The notes beneath the pieces are model-generated. The model saw nothing but the letters and a program-made list of their open reading frames with translations. It searched no databases and was not told where the DNA came from. Below, in pieces: positions 25,051 to 37,480 of a stretch of 64,000 bases of DNA. Position 1 is the stretch's first letter. Each line of letters starts with the position of its first letter. The translations under genes were made by a program, and so were the position numbers. The DNA is from Camelus dromedarius (taxonomy: Eukaryota): contig NC_087437.1 in NCBI RefSeq assembly GCF_036321535.1, positions 102,550,001 through 102,614,000 of the forward strand, given 5' to 3'.

Positions 25051-27482
25051 ATTCATTCAAATGCATTTTTAATATTGCCTCAGGTGATTCTAATTTGTAT
25101 CTGTCTTTGAGAAGGTTCAGTTGAGAGGTCCATGTCATGGCCATTGAAGCAGTCCTCAAATGGATGACAGTAATTCATCGATGGCATAAGTTTTCACTAA
25201 ACACACATGTTAGAAAAGCTCTCCAGAATAGCCCATTAACATTTTTTTAAAAATAAGAGTTTCCAGTAAATGCAATCAAGTGAAAGCATGTTTCTGTCAT
25301 AGATAAATATTATTATTATTTTAATTAGTATTTTTTATCTAATATTAGAGCACACTGTAAATGTATATGGCTAAAGAGGTAAGGGATATGATATTTTGAT
25401 AAGATCTATCTTTAGAAGTCAGCATTAAAAAAAACTTTATTATTTTTTGCTAATTATCCTATAAATCACAGAATGATTTCTTTATTACTAATTATTTTCC
25501 TTAACAAATTTTCTTATATTATATTTGAGAGCAGCAACTCATCAAAGAAAGAAAGAACAAAAATCATGAGCAAAAATTAATCCTTAAATTTGACAGGAAT
25601 CTGGTAGCCTAAGAGCAAAATTTAGCCCTTAGACATTTTTTTTTTGTTTGATCTATAGACTTTTTTAAAAAGTCAATATTTTAGAATTGAGAGATGTTAT
25701 ATAAAAAGGCAATATTAATTACTTTGAAATTTAGAAATTTGGCAAAACCAATGCCATAATTTTCTCCGCACCCTAGAGCCTCCATGTTGGAACAAACATC
25801 TGCATCTTAGAAGCTTCACCCTCTTAGGTTCCCTGCCCGGTGAATGTAAAAAGATATTTGTGAGTCTTGCTGTAAGTAATTTCTGTGATCTTAAGCATCC
25901 TAATAATCATCATTGAATTCCCATTTTGTCAGATGGACTGTATTTGGGGTGCTGATTGGGCAGAGAATATTGTAGGTTGATCTATAATAGAGGTTGTGGG
26001 GAGCAACTGGCAAATAAGATGTGAAGGAATATGCATCACATTTGAAAAATCAGATGCTTGGAACTTATTCTAACAAAGTTGTTAGCGAAATTGTAATTAG
26101 GTTGAAGTTATGGCTGAGGATTTTTAATAAAAAATAGTTAAACACAGATGAATAATGTAACCCTAGTAGTGGTGACTTGGCATCAGAAATGGGAGTAGCA
26201 ACGGATAACAAACCTAGAGGAAGAGACTAGGACCTGATCATTGACTTCTAGGTCTTCCTCTCTTTTCCAAGCTCCAGGGCTTTGAAGCAGAGAAACAAGA
26301 GAGAATTTCCCACAATGAGCAACATATGTACTTGTTATGTGAGTTGCCCACAGAAGTCAGGATGTTCAGCCCTGAAAATCCAGGGTCTATGCCACATGAC
26401 ACCGTCTAATGTTAACAGAATCCAATGGTAGTTTCTGGAATGATGACAATCATAAAAAAGTGTCATTTTCTGGAATCAGAATATTAGTTTAGAGGGAAAC
26501 TGAGGGAAAACTATCTTGATCATAAGCCTTGTGAAATCAGAGGTTATGACATCATTTGGCCTGGAAATATTGTTAGTCCAACTGTCTAAGATAGGGCTAT
26601 ATCTTCAGAGAGGAAGGAGTTAAGCTTCCCAGCAGCTGTGGCAGATTAAATAATTATTGATATTAATTTCTCAGGTGAGAAATAATTCATTATTGAAGCT
26701 ATTTGCTTCTTTAGATCCAGAGACACACACACACACATAACTGAATTTGGATATACTTGTACAGTAGAAGAAAATTAGTTGCCTGATTTCTCTGAGTCCA
26801 TGTACATTCCAGGATGTGCTCTGACTGAACAAAACCAGGTAGAAATATTTTAAGTACGAGCAGCTCTCTCTCCCACTAAGAAAAATGGAGAAGTCCAAGT
26901 CATGGTTTAAATATAAAACAAAGAAAGAGACTTGATTGAAGAGTGTAAAGTTTAGATAACTAAACAGAAAGCTGATGCATGGAAGAGAGTTTTTCTCTTT
27001 GAAACTTACGGGTAAATTTCTTTCTTAACTCAATCCTAGTAAATTTATCTGCCAAGAAAGAAAAGACTAACAAATGCCTAGACCTGTAACATTTGAACAA
27101 CACTATGGTAATCTCTGAATAACAGCATTGATGTAGCTTAAAATTTCACAAGAATACAGAGTTTCTTCCACCTTAATTTTAGATAATTCACCAACACATA
27201 TAAATAGGAAAAGTTATTATAATCTACCAGGACTGTATTTGCTCACCAAGCGAGTCCCTGGGTGAACTATTGAAGCTTTCCATAGGTGTCTGTGTCTTAT
27301 CCTTCACCTACTTTGAACTTCCAAATTACTCCTTATGAAGAAATACTATGGGAACATACATGGATGGCCTTGAAACTTAAATACATAATTGGAATGTTCC
27401 CCTCCCTATCCAGGGAAAGAAACATCTCTGGTTGAAGCCTGAGATGGCTAGTTATCCAAGACCCACTTTATAGCTTTATTTT

Positions 27483-28023
27483 TGAGGCAGAAAGCCCCAT
27501 AAAAAGACCGCCAGGACCCCTAGGCAGGGCCGCTGCTCTCCTCTTCACACCATCCGGTTCCCTGGCCCAGAGGCTCTAGCTCACTTTTTGCCTCTAAAGC
27601 GGCTAACTTACATCTAGAATTCTATTGGTTCCCTGAGCTCACTTCTAATTGGTTATTTCCTTCACTCCTGATTGGTTATTACTCTCACTTCTGATTGGTC
27701 CACTTCCCTAACTTCTGACTGGTCCATTTGTAGTACTTCATTTGCATGGAGCTCACTCCTGATTGGTCTATTTCTACAAAGCTTGTTCCTGGTTGGTCAA
27801 CTTCTGTTGTACTTTATTGGATATGATGTTGCAAAGTGTAAAACTGGCAGCCTATAAAAGGCCCGAGTAAACCTACAGATGGGGTCCAGAACTTGAAGTG
27901 TGAACTCCTTTGGGTCTGCTGGAGTAATAAACCTGAGTTCTCCAACTCTCCGAGTGCTGCTTGGTCTCTCGCCCGGATCTAGGTTGCTGTCACAGCTGAG
28001 CTGTAACACGGAGCTGTAACACA
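27483..28023 (+). mobile_element. Young solo ERV LTR with a CCAAT-box array
   Basis: TG...CA termini, perfect 5-bp TSD ATTTT (27478-27482, 28024-28028), TATAAAA at 27853, AATAAA at 27926, retained CpGs. Confidence 0.9.
27620..27860 (+). promoter_or_regulatory. LTR U3 promoter: six ATTGG (inverted CCAAT) boxes, octamer and TATA box
   Basis: ATTGG at 27624, 27648, 27671, 27694, 27762 and 27816; ATTTGCAT at 27740; TATAAAA at 27853. Activity is not demonstrable from sequence. Confidence 0.65.
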
Positions 28024-28627
28024 ATTTTCCACAACATTTCGAGCCCATTAAATCCAGTACATACAGGAGTTTAAAACTAATACCAAATAAAGGCAAACGA
28101 CATGCCTTTTATGCATTTAGGAAAAATCATCAGCTCGTTTCTGCTGGCATACTCAAACACTTTCTTATTTTAGGACAATAATTCTTTAAGTTACCCTGTT
28201 TTAAAAATTGTTACTGTTAAACAAATACTAAAAGCAATTACAGAATAAATGAGCATTCCTCTAACCTAGCTCTAAGGAAAGTAGTGTATTGGGATAGGGC
28301 TTCATTTTCGTATGAAAAGTTTTCATTAATCTTTACAGGCCTTTTATATATGAACACTTTGGGAAGAGGATGTGGAGCCTGTCTACCATAGTGCAAGGGT
28401 GCTTTATTATGACATTTTCCTGGCGTTTCCCATAGCTTCTTCTCCTTCTAGTCTTTAATCAAAATTCTATTTCTGTTATACTAACATGATTATCCTTTGA
28501 CATGATGAGAATTTGACAGCTGCTCTCTTTAACATTTCAAGATTTGTGGGTACTAATACTTTATCATGCACAGTTTTGAAAGTTGACACTGTCCTGAATT
28601 GACTTAAGACATTTTAGTAGGACTAAA

Positions 28628-29360
28628 AGTATTCATTCAACCAACATTTACTAAGGTCTTATAACATGTTGTGAACAACGATAAAAAGAACTGGATGAGC
28701 TAGAAAAGTAACCAAAGAACAATACAAAATTAAATGTAAAACTGGTATCATACAGATGAGAAGTACTATTTCTTCAACTCGTTTTTAAAAGTTGAGCAGA
28801 AGTTAACATGGGACAGAGGTGGAGGGACTGTTCTTGTCGATGAAGGTACAGAAGCATTAGGAGAATGGGGCAGTTATAGAGGAAGAAAATTCACTTGCTA
28901 TGGCTGGAGCAAGGGTGTGAGTGGTGGACTGGTGAGAAATAGGTTAGCTGGGTCATCTGAGACCAGATCTCAAAATGCTGGGTGAAAAGTTTAAATACAG
29001 AAGCTACTGAATAATTTAAGTGAGAGTAACCAGTAAGATTACATTTTAGATAGATTATTCCAGGAGCTATCTTAAGCATGGATGAATCAGAAGAGTGTGA
29101 AACGAGAGAGAAATAAGGCAGTGATAAAAGGGGTACAGAGAAAGTAGGAAGTGTATCACAGGGATGACAAGTGGAACAGAAAGGATTTGGATGTGGAGAA
29201 GAAAGAGAGAAACAGAAAGGATTTCGTGGGCAACAGGCTCATCAGGTTTAATGTTTAATCTCTCTGAGGCAGAGTGCAAAGGAGGAGGGAACATAAACAT
29301 ATTGGTTTTAGATATATTAATTGTGATTTCTGGTATGATCCCTGAATGAGCAATTCATCA
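28628..29360 (-). mobile_element. L2 LINE fragments
   Basis: ATTCATTCAACCAACATTTACT (antisense L2 tail) followed by purine-rich L2-like sequence (AGATTACATTTTAGATAGATTATTCCAG). Confidence 0.6.
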
Positions 29361-30092
29361 GCTATAATATTCAAAATATTTAATAACTGATACAGCAAAG
29401 GCTATGTTTAATCAAGGTGGATGTTGGCTAATTCCCTGAAATAGGTTCCTAGAAGCTTCCTGACCTGCTGGACACTAGGAAAGGGAAGAGGAGTTTAACT
29501 GCTGGATGGTTAGAAGGGCTATCATACCAAAGTTGAAGCAAGGAGCCCTCAGTCCAAGCAAATGGTTCTTCAGGGTATGAGACAGCAGCTTTAACCAGCT
29601 CATATAGTGTATTTCACATGCCCGCAGTCATATCAGTGGACCAGGAAGGATGTCAATCCTGAATATATGGACTTGCAGATTAGGGGGACAATCTGTATTA
29701 GGGGTAGTTATTTGGGATTCTTTTTCCCTTGCATTACTTTCCAGAGTCCTTTATATGAATAGAATTAATATTTCTGTTGTATTATTCAATAATACTCAAT
29801 TTCTTATAGGCCTATTTCCCAAAGAACAGAGAATATTCCCTTCTCAATCCTTTACTAAATTCATTAAATGATTTTTTATATAAAAGTGCCAAAGAAAGGA
29901 TAATAATTTCAGAAATCCAAAGCCAGACTTATCCATAAGGAATTTTAAGAAAGTTTCCTTTAATTTTCTACTTGGGTTAATATTAAGTAATGACTAGATA
30001 TTTCCTATGTTGGCTTATTAGTATTTTTCTTCTTTTTTTAAGAATAAGAACTAGGAATCTATACTCACAGCATGTCTCAGAGTGTCAAGTAC

Positions 30093-30571
30093 TGTGAAAA
30101 GTCTTAGATTTTATCCTTCTTGCAAGCTAACAACTGAACCTGTCACTGTTTTATGAATGCTAGCAAAAGAAATGACACTCTCCACTCAAATAATTTTATT
30201 AATCACAACAACTCCAGTAGCTATCAGCATTTTCTTGAGCAAGTTCTGCAAGCTGCAATTCCCACAGGGCATGGCAAAGATGGCCAGGCGAAGCCTGCCC
30301 GTGAGTGAGTTGTTTAATAGGCGAGAAACTCTGAATTTAGGAAACCAAATCTTCTATCATAGGTACTGAGCATGATTTCCCTTTTTTCCAGACACAGATG
30401 CGATTTTACTATAGTGGACAGTTAACAAATCTGCCTTTTGTGTTGAAGGAGATATTATTTCTACCTTCCAAGATAATTATTTCTACCTCTTTGCTGTGTA
30501 AACATCATTGAAAGGAATCTAGACCAAGATATGCTGGCAAATAAGAGACCCATGGAGGACTGTCTCCCCCA
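30093..30571 (-). mobile_element. LTR40-like ERVL solo LTR
   Basis: TGTGAAAAGTCTTAGATTTTATCCTTCTTGCAAGCTAACAA...GAGACCCATGGAGGACTGTCTCCC resembles antisense LTR40. Confidence 0.7.
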
Positions 30572-32189
30572 AAATACCCACCCCTCATTTTTACAGTCTT
30601 GAATTCTGGGAAATTTTCTCATAAGAACACTTCTCCACTGACTATTCTGGCTAACCCAATGGGCAATGGCTGGGACCAAATCTGTTCCATCTTTCTCCTT
30701 CAGCATTGAACTTGAGCTATTATCAGCACCATAGTCTGTAAACATAATGTGATCCTAGAGTAGTAAAATAACTCATTTTAAGAAAAAAATAAATTTAAGG
30801 TTGAAGACAAAGATGCATTAATGGGGATTGCCTGTTATTTCTGTCTTTGATCTTACTGATCTTAATATTACTGACAGGAATTTGGTCATTCTATAAGAGG
30901 TTACTAGGGTCCTTTGTGAAAAACAAGTTTTAGCAGCTATTTTAAATTTCAAAACACCACAGTGCTTTTTAAGTCATTTTGCACTTGAATTATTCAACGT
31001 GGGCAGATAGTTGGCGCCATCTCATTAATGGCAGCATCTAGGGGTTGTTCCTCCTCTTTCATATAAATTATGGCCATTGTAATAATGGGTTAGGTCACTT
31101 TAGATGGCTGGCGGCCAGGAACTTTGAAAGGAAAACCAGGATGTTTTAGAAATAGAAAAGCTCTGTTCTTCATTTCACTCTAATACGAAAAACTATGAGA
31201 TTGGCATCATCATACTGAGATTAAAATAGACTCATTCAACAAAATGCCTTTTTAGTTGTGACATGAATATTATCTGATTTTTCAAAATGTGAGACACTTA
31301 ATCTTACTTCCTGCCATAACAGCATGTGATTTTTAAAAAAATATATATATTTACACAGATAAATTAATGTCATTAGCTAAATGATCATATAATTTTAGTT
31401 TATCACCTATGCCAGTGGAGAAAGAAAATACATTGCATCATAATACCTTTCACTGAAACAATGCAGAAAATAGACAGTTTTAATAAGCTATAGTGCTCAA
31501 GAGACATGAAAATAGAGTACTGAGAGTCAGCTTGGGAATACACAATGAGGATTAGTCACATTGCTTATTCAATATCATACCCCATAGCATCCAACCAAAT
31601 CTGTTCTATATTTGGCATTAACATCTCACAGTAGAAAAAGAAGAGACTCATCAAAGAATAGGAAGTGATCTATATTGGTTATCTATTCCAGTAGCTTCTA
31701 ATGTGGGGAGCAGTTTTGCAGGGGGTCTCCAGTAGGTCCAGGGAGGTGCTCAAGGAAGGTATTTGATAATCCATCCACATGTGGTCCTTCTCTTCCATTT
31801 TTTAAAAAATTTTTGGATCTTTTAAATATTCTTGTTTACTAGCATTACATGAATATGATTATAAGTTATATAGTCACACATGCATATAATTTAAAGAAAT
31901 AGAAGTATGTTTACTGTGTGTGATTAGTCTTGCTCATGAAGATGATAAAACAATACGTTTAAGGACTAAAGGGATAATATACTCCACTTCTTTTAGGCAA
32001 ATCCTTAAGTTATTAATTTTGTGCTTGGAGTAAGAAAGGCAAAAAATATCACAGGACTTATGTTACTGACAACTGAATATTCAAAAATACTTCAACGACA
32101 CAAGATATTGATAACAACCAACAGGCTCAAAAGCCAATTGTTTAAAAAAGAACTCAATGACTTTGCAAAAATCATCTTTGAAAATAATA

Positions 32190-32667
32190 AGTATTTATTT
32201 CTTATTGCTACTTTAAGAAATTACAACAAATTTAGTGGCTTAAAACAACACATGTTCGTTCTGGAAGTTACAAGTCTAAAAGGGGTCAGCAGGACTGGGT
32301 TCTCTGAGGTTCCAGGGAAGATTCCATTTCCTTGCCCTTTCTAGCTTCCAGAGGTCACCTATATCCTTTGGCTCATGGTCTTCTTCCTCTGATTTCAAAG
32401 CTGGAAGTGTAGCATCTTCAAATCTCATTCTCAGTCCCTTGGTTTCAGTAGTTACATTGCCTTCTATCTGACTCCAACTCCTCCTGTGTCCCTTTTATAT
32501 GGACCGTTGTGATTACAGTGGGCCCATTTACATAATCCAGGATAATTTTCCCATTTCAAAATCTTCAACTTAATCACCTCTGCAAAGTGTCGTTTGCTAT
32601 TTAAGGTAACGGTCACAGGTTCTGGGAATTAGGACATCTCAGGAAGCCATAATTCAACATACCCACA
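32190..32667 (-). mobile_element. MLT1C/D-like MaLR LTR
   Basis: AAATTTAGTGGCTTAAAACAACA, CCTTGCCCTTTCTAGCTTCCAGAGG, ATAATCCAGGATAAT and TTAATCACCTCTGCAAAG motifs. Confidence 0.85.
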
Positions 32668-33259
32668 CATAAAATATTTTTAGCTTTCTAAGCTCTTCTT
32701 AATCAAAAATATTTTCACCCAGTACTGACACCCACTCAAAAATATGCCTTCACTCTCTTTGTATTATTAATTCCCTGAAGAAGGAAGAGAAGGAGAACAA
32801 GAAATTGTGGGCAAAGTCAGGCAGGGCTTAGGTTTACCCGACAGATACGGAGTGCAGCTGCACTACCTACAAAATTCCACCTAATCACATTTATTAGACT
32901 GAGATTCAAACCAGGTAAGAGCTGTCTAGATAAGACATTTTTATCATAATTCTCTCCATCTTGAATTACTAATCTTGATCATCTCTTTGCTTTTGCCTAA
33001 GATCTATCTTCAAGTGATTTTTCCAAGTGCTTACACTTTCCGTGTTCTTATATATGAGAATATTTTTGTTGCCTTTACATATGAAAGAATTTCACTAGTT
33101 ATAAAATTACCAAGGGAGCAGATCATTTCCTTCTTAATTCTGAATGCATTTTTCCATTATATCCTGAAACTGTGGTCAATCTAATTTTTCTCCCATGTGG
33201 ATATCTTTCCTTTACTTTTTTTATTTTCCTTTGTCTTAATGCACTCTGAATATCAGCCA

Positions 33260-33870
33260 GGAACTTTCAGAACTCTTTTACATAGAATAGTATGTTTAAC
33301 CCTTGCAAAAGCCATAAAGTATGTAAAATCATTAACCATTTTAAAGATAAGAAAACTGACTTATAGGAGGATAAATTCTTATGTAATGTCACTCAACATT
33401 TAAGTGCCTTTTTAGTTAGACAAGATGGCTAAATTATGTTGCAGTAACTAACAACTCCAGAAATTCACAAAGGGTTACTTTTGAATGAAAGTCCTACTCA
33501 GAGTCATGTAATGTTTCAAGGCAAGGATACTTCTTGAGTTGTTTCGGAATTCAACTGCTTGATCTGATAGCCCAGCCTGTGCCTCCAAGCCCAAAGCCGT
33601 CTGGGAAGAGAGTGCAGAGGGTCTTATACTGGCAATTAAATGACTCAAACAAAAGTGATATACACTGGCCAGACTTATGTGCCAGAACTAATCATGTGGC
33701 TCTGTCTAACTGCAAATATGGTGATAGCAGATATAATCCTGTCATGTGATCTGGAGGGGATGATAATTAGTTATAAGTAATCTTTATCAGTCTCTTCTGC
33801 AATGGTAGAACCAGCATTTCAAGTGCAGTCTAGCTCCAGACTACTCTTAAACCATGAGTTAAACTGTTTG
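33260..33870 (-). mobile_element. MIR interrupted by an old MLT1-type LTR (about 33405-33800)
   Basis: MIR core CCATTTTAAAGATAAGAAAACTGA on the left; MLT-like TATGTTGCAGTAACTAAC and GCCAGAACTAATCATGTGGC in the middle. Confidence 0.55.
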
Positions 33871-33919
33871 GCAACATGTATAATTTTTCTTTATTTTTAT
33901 AATTTAAACTGTATCAGGA

Positions 33920-34036
33920 TTTATTCAATTAATTGAAAAACTTTTTTTTGTATCTACTAAGTGCCTGGCAACATTCTTGGAGTTGTGAATACTGCAGCAA
34001 ACAAAGTCCCCAACTTCATGGATCTTACATTCTAGG
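33920..34036 (-). mobile_element. L2 3' fragment
   Basis: CTACTAAGTGCCTGGCA...CTTCATGGATCTTACATTCTAG. Confidence 0.65.
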
Positions 34037-35199
34037 CACTGGTCTCTTCTCACTGAGGATTCTTTTCAGTCTGTATCCAGTTTGAAAATTCAGTCTTTTT
34101 GACTAGTTCTTTCCTTTTTTTTTGTTTTGTGACAGTTTTTTTTCTTCACTTATCCAGTTTTATCAATTCTATATCCCCATCAGGGGTGCAACATACCACT
34201 ATTTTATATTTTACTATGAAAGTAAAAGTCCAATTAAATTATGACCTTTATTGTAAGCTGCTTCCTTATTTCAAAAACATTAACATGTAGAAAAAATAGG
34301 ATTTTAGAACTGATTAAATATAGTATTTCTTGAATTATTACTTTGTTATAATTTTTCTTTTTTCTTATCAAAGTAGCTGTAAGTCTTACTTTGGCTCCCT
34401 GTTTTGTTTTGTTTTTTGACCTAATATTTTTGAATGGCTATCTTTCCTTTATCTCTTTTGATTTCACTTAAATTTGGGCAGAGTGCTTCAGTGTGTCCTA
34501 TAATTTACTGTTCTTGGCTACTTCTCTTTTTAAATTGATTTACTTAAAACGTTTTTGCAATTCTATCTTATTTTACTCATCTTTCTTTGTATCTCATCTT
34601 GTCTAATTTTTGCTTTATTCCTGTTTCTAATATATTTTGGCGTATCTGCTCAATTTTTAAATACCTTCTTTCTAAAATTATAGTCCTCTGTGGTAGACAG
34701 TGGTATATGCCAATGAGATCTTACTACAAGAAGAATATACTGTTCACCTTCAGGGAAGAGAATTATCATTCAGCCTCCAGCTGTCAACTTCTTCAGGGCC
34801 AGCCTCAACTGCAAAAACGGTCTTGTTCTAGGTCATGCTTTTTCTAGAATAAGCCACATTTGGTGACACAGTGTAGCAGGAGTGTAAATGCTTAGCCATA
34901 TCAGCCCCAAGGCAGACAAACTTCATGAGCAATATTTGCTTCAGCATTTGCCAAAGCTTTGGTGAGCTTGCTTTTTTTTTTTTTTTTTTTTTCAGTTTAT
35001 CCCTCTCCACACTTCTACGTCCTATTCTTTCCTTTCAAAAATATTGGTCCTTAGTGAATAGCTTGCACTCTAAACTGTGTATCAGTGTATGCAATCCAGT
35101 AGAATCATCCTGCTACCCAAATAATATGCATTTAGAGTTTGGTCCCAGGGTTATGTTAATTTTCACACTTCTGTTATAATATTATCTGAAGAGACCTAG

Positions 35200-37480
35200 G
35201 CCTAGACCATTGATCCATTATATTGATAAGATCCTGCTTATTGGGCTGAGTGAGCTGATGCACTGATGGGCTTGGAGGGTTACATGTGAATATTCAATGA
35301 CCTATCACGTCAGTAAAACTTTTAGAAGTATAGTGGTCAACAGCATCCCCTCCAGTGTAAAAGATACTTAACTACAACTTGCAATTCCTACCATTAAGAA
35401 GGAAGTATAAAGTCTGTTAGGTCTTTGGGGTTCTGGAGACAACACATTCCATACTTATTAATATTTTTATGGTTCATATACTCTTTAAATATTTTTGAGG
35501 GGGAGAGGTAATTAGGTTTATGTATATATGCATGTATGTATTTTTTAAATGGAGGTACTGGGGATTGAACTCAGGACTTCATGCATGCTAAGCATGCATC
35601 CTACCACTGAGCTATATCCCCTCCCTGCTTCATATACTTTTGATGTGAAAGGTTGCCAGCTTTAAGTGGTGCTCAGAGAGGGAAAAATGTCTGCAGATTA
35701 TCTAGGCTTCAGAGAAAATGGTACTCCCATGTGGCCCATATGATCCAACAGATCCTGTAATGTAGGAGGTATCAGTGAACACGTGGCATTTGTGCAAAGA
35801 CTCAGTGAATTGCACAAAGGCCTCAGGAATTCTAGAAGAAGATAATGTTAGCAGCAGCAGGAAGTTATAAACCTTGTGAAAAACAAATCTTAGACTTGCA
35901 CTAGACTCAGGTAGAAAAGGAATGCCTTGGAATACTATGTTACTGTGAGACCAGAGCAGTCCATTATTAACCAGGTCCTAACAGATTCACCAACTCATCA
36001 AGTCAGGTGGACCCACCACCATCCACTTTTAACATGGAAATCGTACATGTAGGCTTGAGCTTTAGCGTAACTATAAGGCAGATGTAAGCTGCACACACAG
36101 CAGGTAGACCACAACTCCATGGCTCCCAACATTGTTGCACCCATGTTCTTTCTTCAACTTATGCCTATAAATAGGCCGTTCTCATTGAATCACTTTAAGG
36201 AAACAAAAGAAAACATGCCCATTTGGTTTATAGATGGCCTGGCTTGCTAGCTGATTAATAGTAAAAAAAAAAAAAATGGATGGTGGCTGCATTATGCTTC
36301 TTTCAAGGGTGATCTAGAAAGATAGAGCTTGGTAAAAATGCTCCCAATAAGCAGAGTTTCAGGAGCATTACCTACTTTTTATGGAACAAAGGGGGCCCAA
36401 GGTCATCAAATTTATTGTCTTAAAAGTAGTTGTGAATGGCTTGGCCAGTTCATCATGGCCTGGAAAGAAAATTATAGGAAAAAACAAGGAATTCAGAGGG
36501 AGAGGCATGAGGATGGACATATTGGAGCATCACAAAGGGAAGATCTTTCTGTCACATGCTAACAACCACCAAAGGACATTCCACCACAAATGTTGAATTA
36601 AACAAACAAGAGAACAATATTACTGGGTAGTTATCACATCTACCAATCTGTGCTATTAACCACGCCAGCACCTGTACAAGGAGTCCTCACTGTGACAAAG
36701 GTGGAGAATAATATGCATGACCCAACAGAATGGACCTTCAGTTCTCAAGGCTGATCCAGCTACAGTCACTGTCAGATGTCCAGCTTGCTAGAAATAAAGA
36801 TGATGCCAAGGCCCTAATGTGGCACTATTCCTCTAGGAGACAATCCAGCCACTCACTGATAAGATACCTACAGTAGTCTCTTTCCATACTAGGATGGCCA
36901 GCAGTCTGGTCTCACAGAAATGGATACATATTTTGGATATGAGTTTGTCTTTCTTGCCCTAGGCCCTCAACAATTACCACTATTTGAATGTTTGCAGATT
37001 GTTTAGTCCAATGGCCTGGATCTCATCTAATATCACCTGGGACCAAGGGGTCCACTTTTCAGCACAGAAGTAGGTCCATGACCATGGATTCACTGGTCAG
37101 ATCACACACTACATCACTCAGGATCTGATCACCTGCTGAACAATTAAAGCAATGGTTGATATATACCTGAGTCATCAGTCTGGACGTAATATTCTTTGAA
37201 AGTGGGATGCCGTTCCCCCAGGAGGCAGCATACACATTGAATCAAAGACTTTTATATGGCTCTGTTTCCCAATAAAGAGTTCATGGCTCTACCATCCAAG
37301 GACTGGAAGCAGCTAGAGACATTTGCCATCATTTCAATGACCCACCAGAGGACTTTGTACTTCCCATTCCTGCAACGCAGGGTCTTTAGAGTAGACATTT
37401 GGGTTCTAAAGGAGTCAGACTTTTGCCAGGGAAAATAGCAAGAGATCCATTTATCTACAAACTATAGCTGCCACCTGCAC
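35200..37480 (+). pseudogene. pol: ERVL pol relic (RT, RNase H, integrase) with many stops and frameshifts
   Basis: RT YIDD motif decayed to YIDK; integrase core motifs recognisable in disrupted frames; interrupted by a SINE. Confidence 0.8.
35483..35625 (-). mobile_element. tRNA-Ala-derived SINE (camelid Vic-1 type)
   Basis: Minus strand reads GGGGATATAGCTCAGTGGTAG...CTTAGCATG...GAGTTCAATCCCCAGTACCTCCA (A and B boxes, AGC anticodon arm). TSD TG(G/C)TTCATATACT at 35470-35482 and 35626-35638. Confidence 0.9.

Noticed and set aside
35550..35622. tRNA-Ala-like sequence (also at 49190-49262)
   Set aside because: It is a SINE head, with a SINE tail, TSDs and mutated stems, so not a functional tRNA gene.
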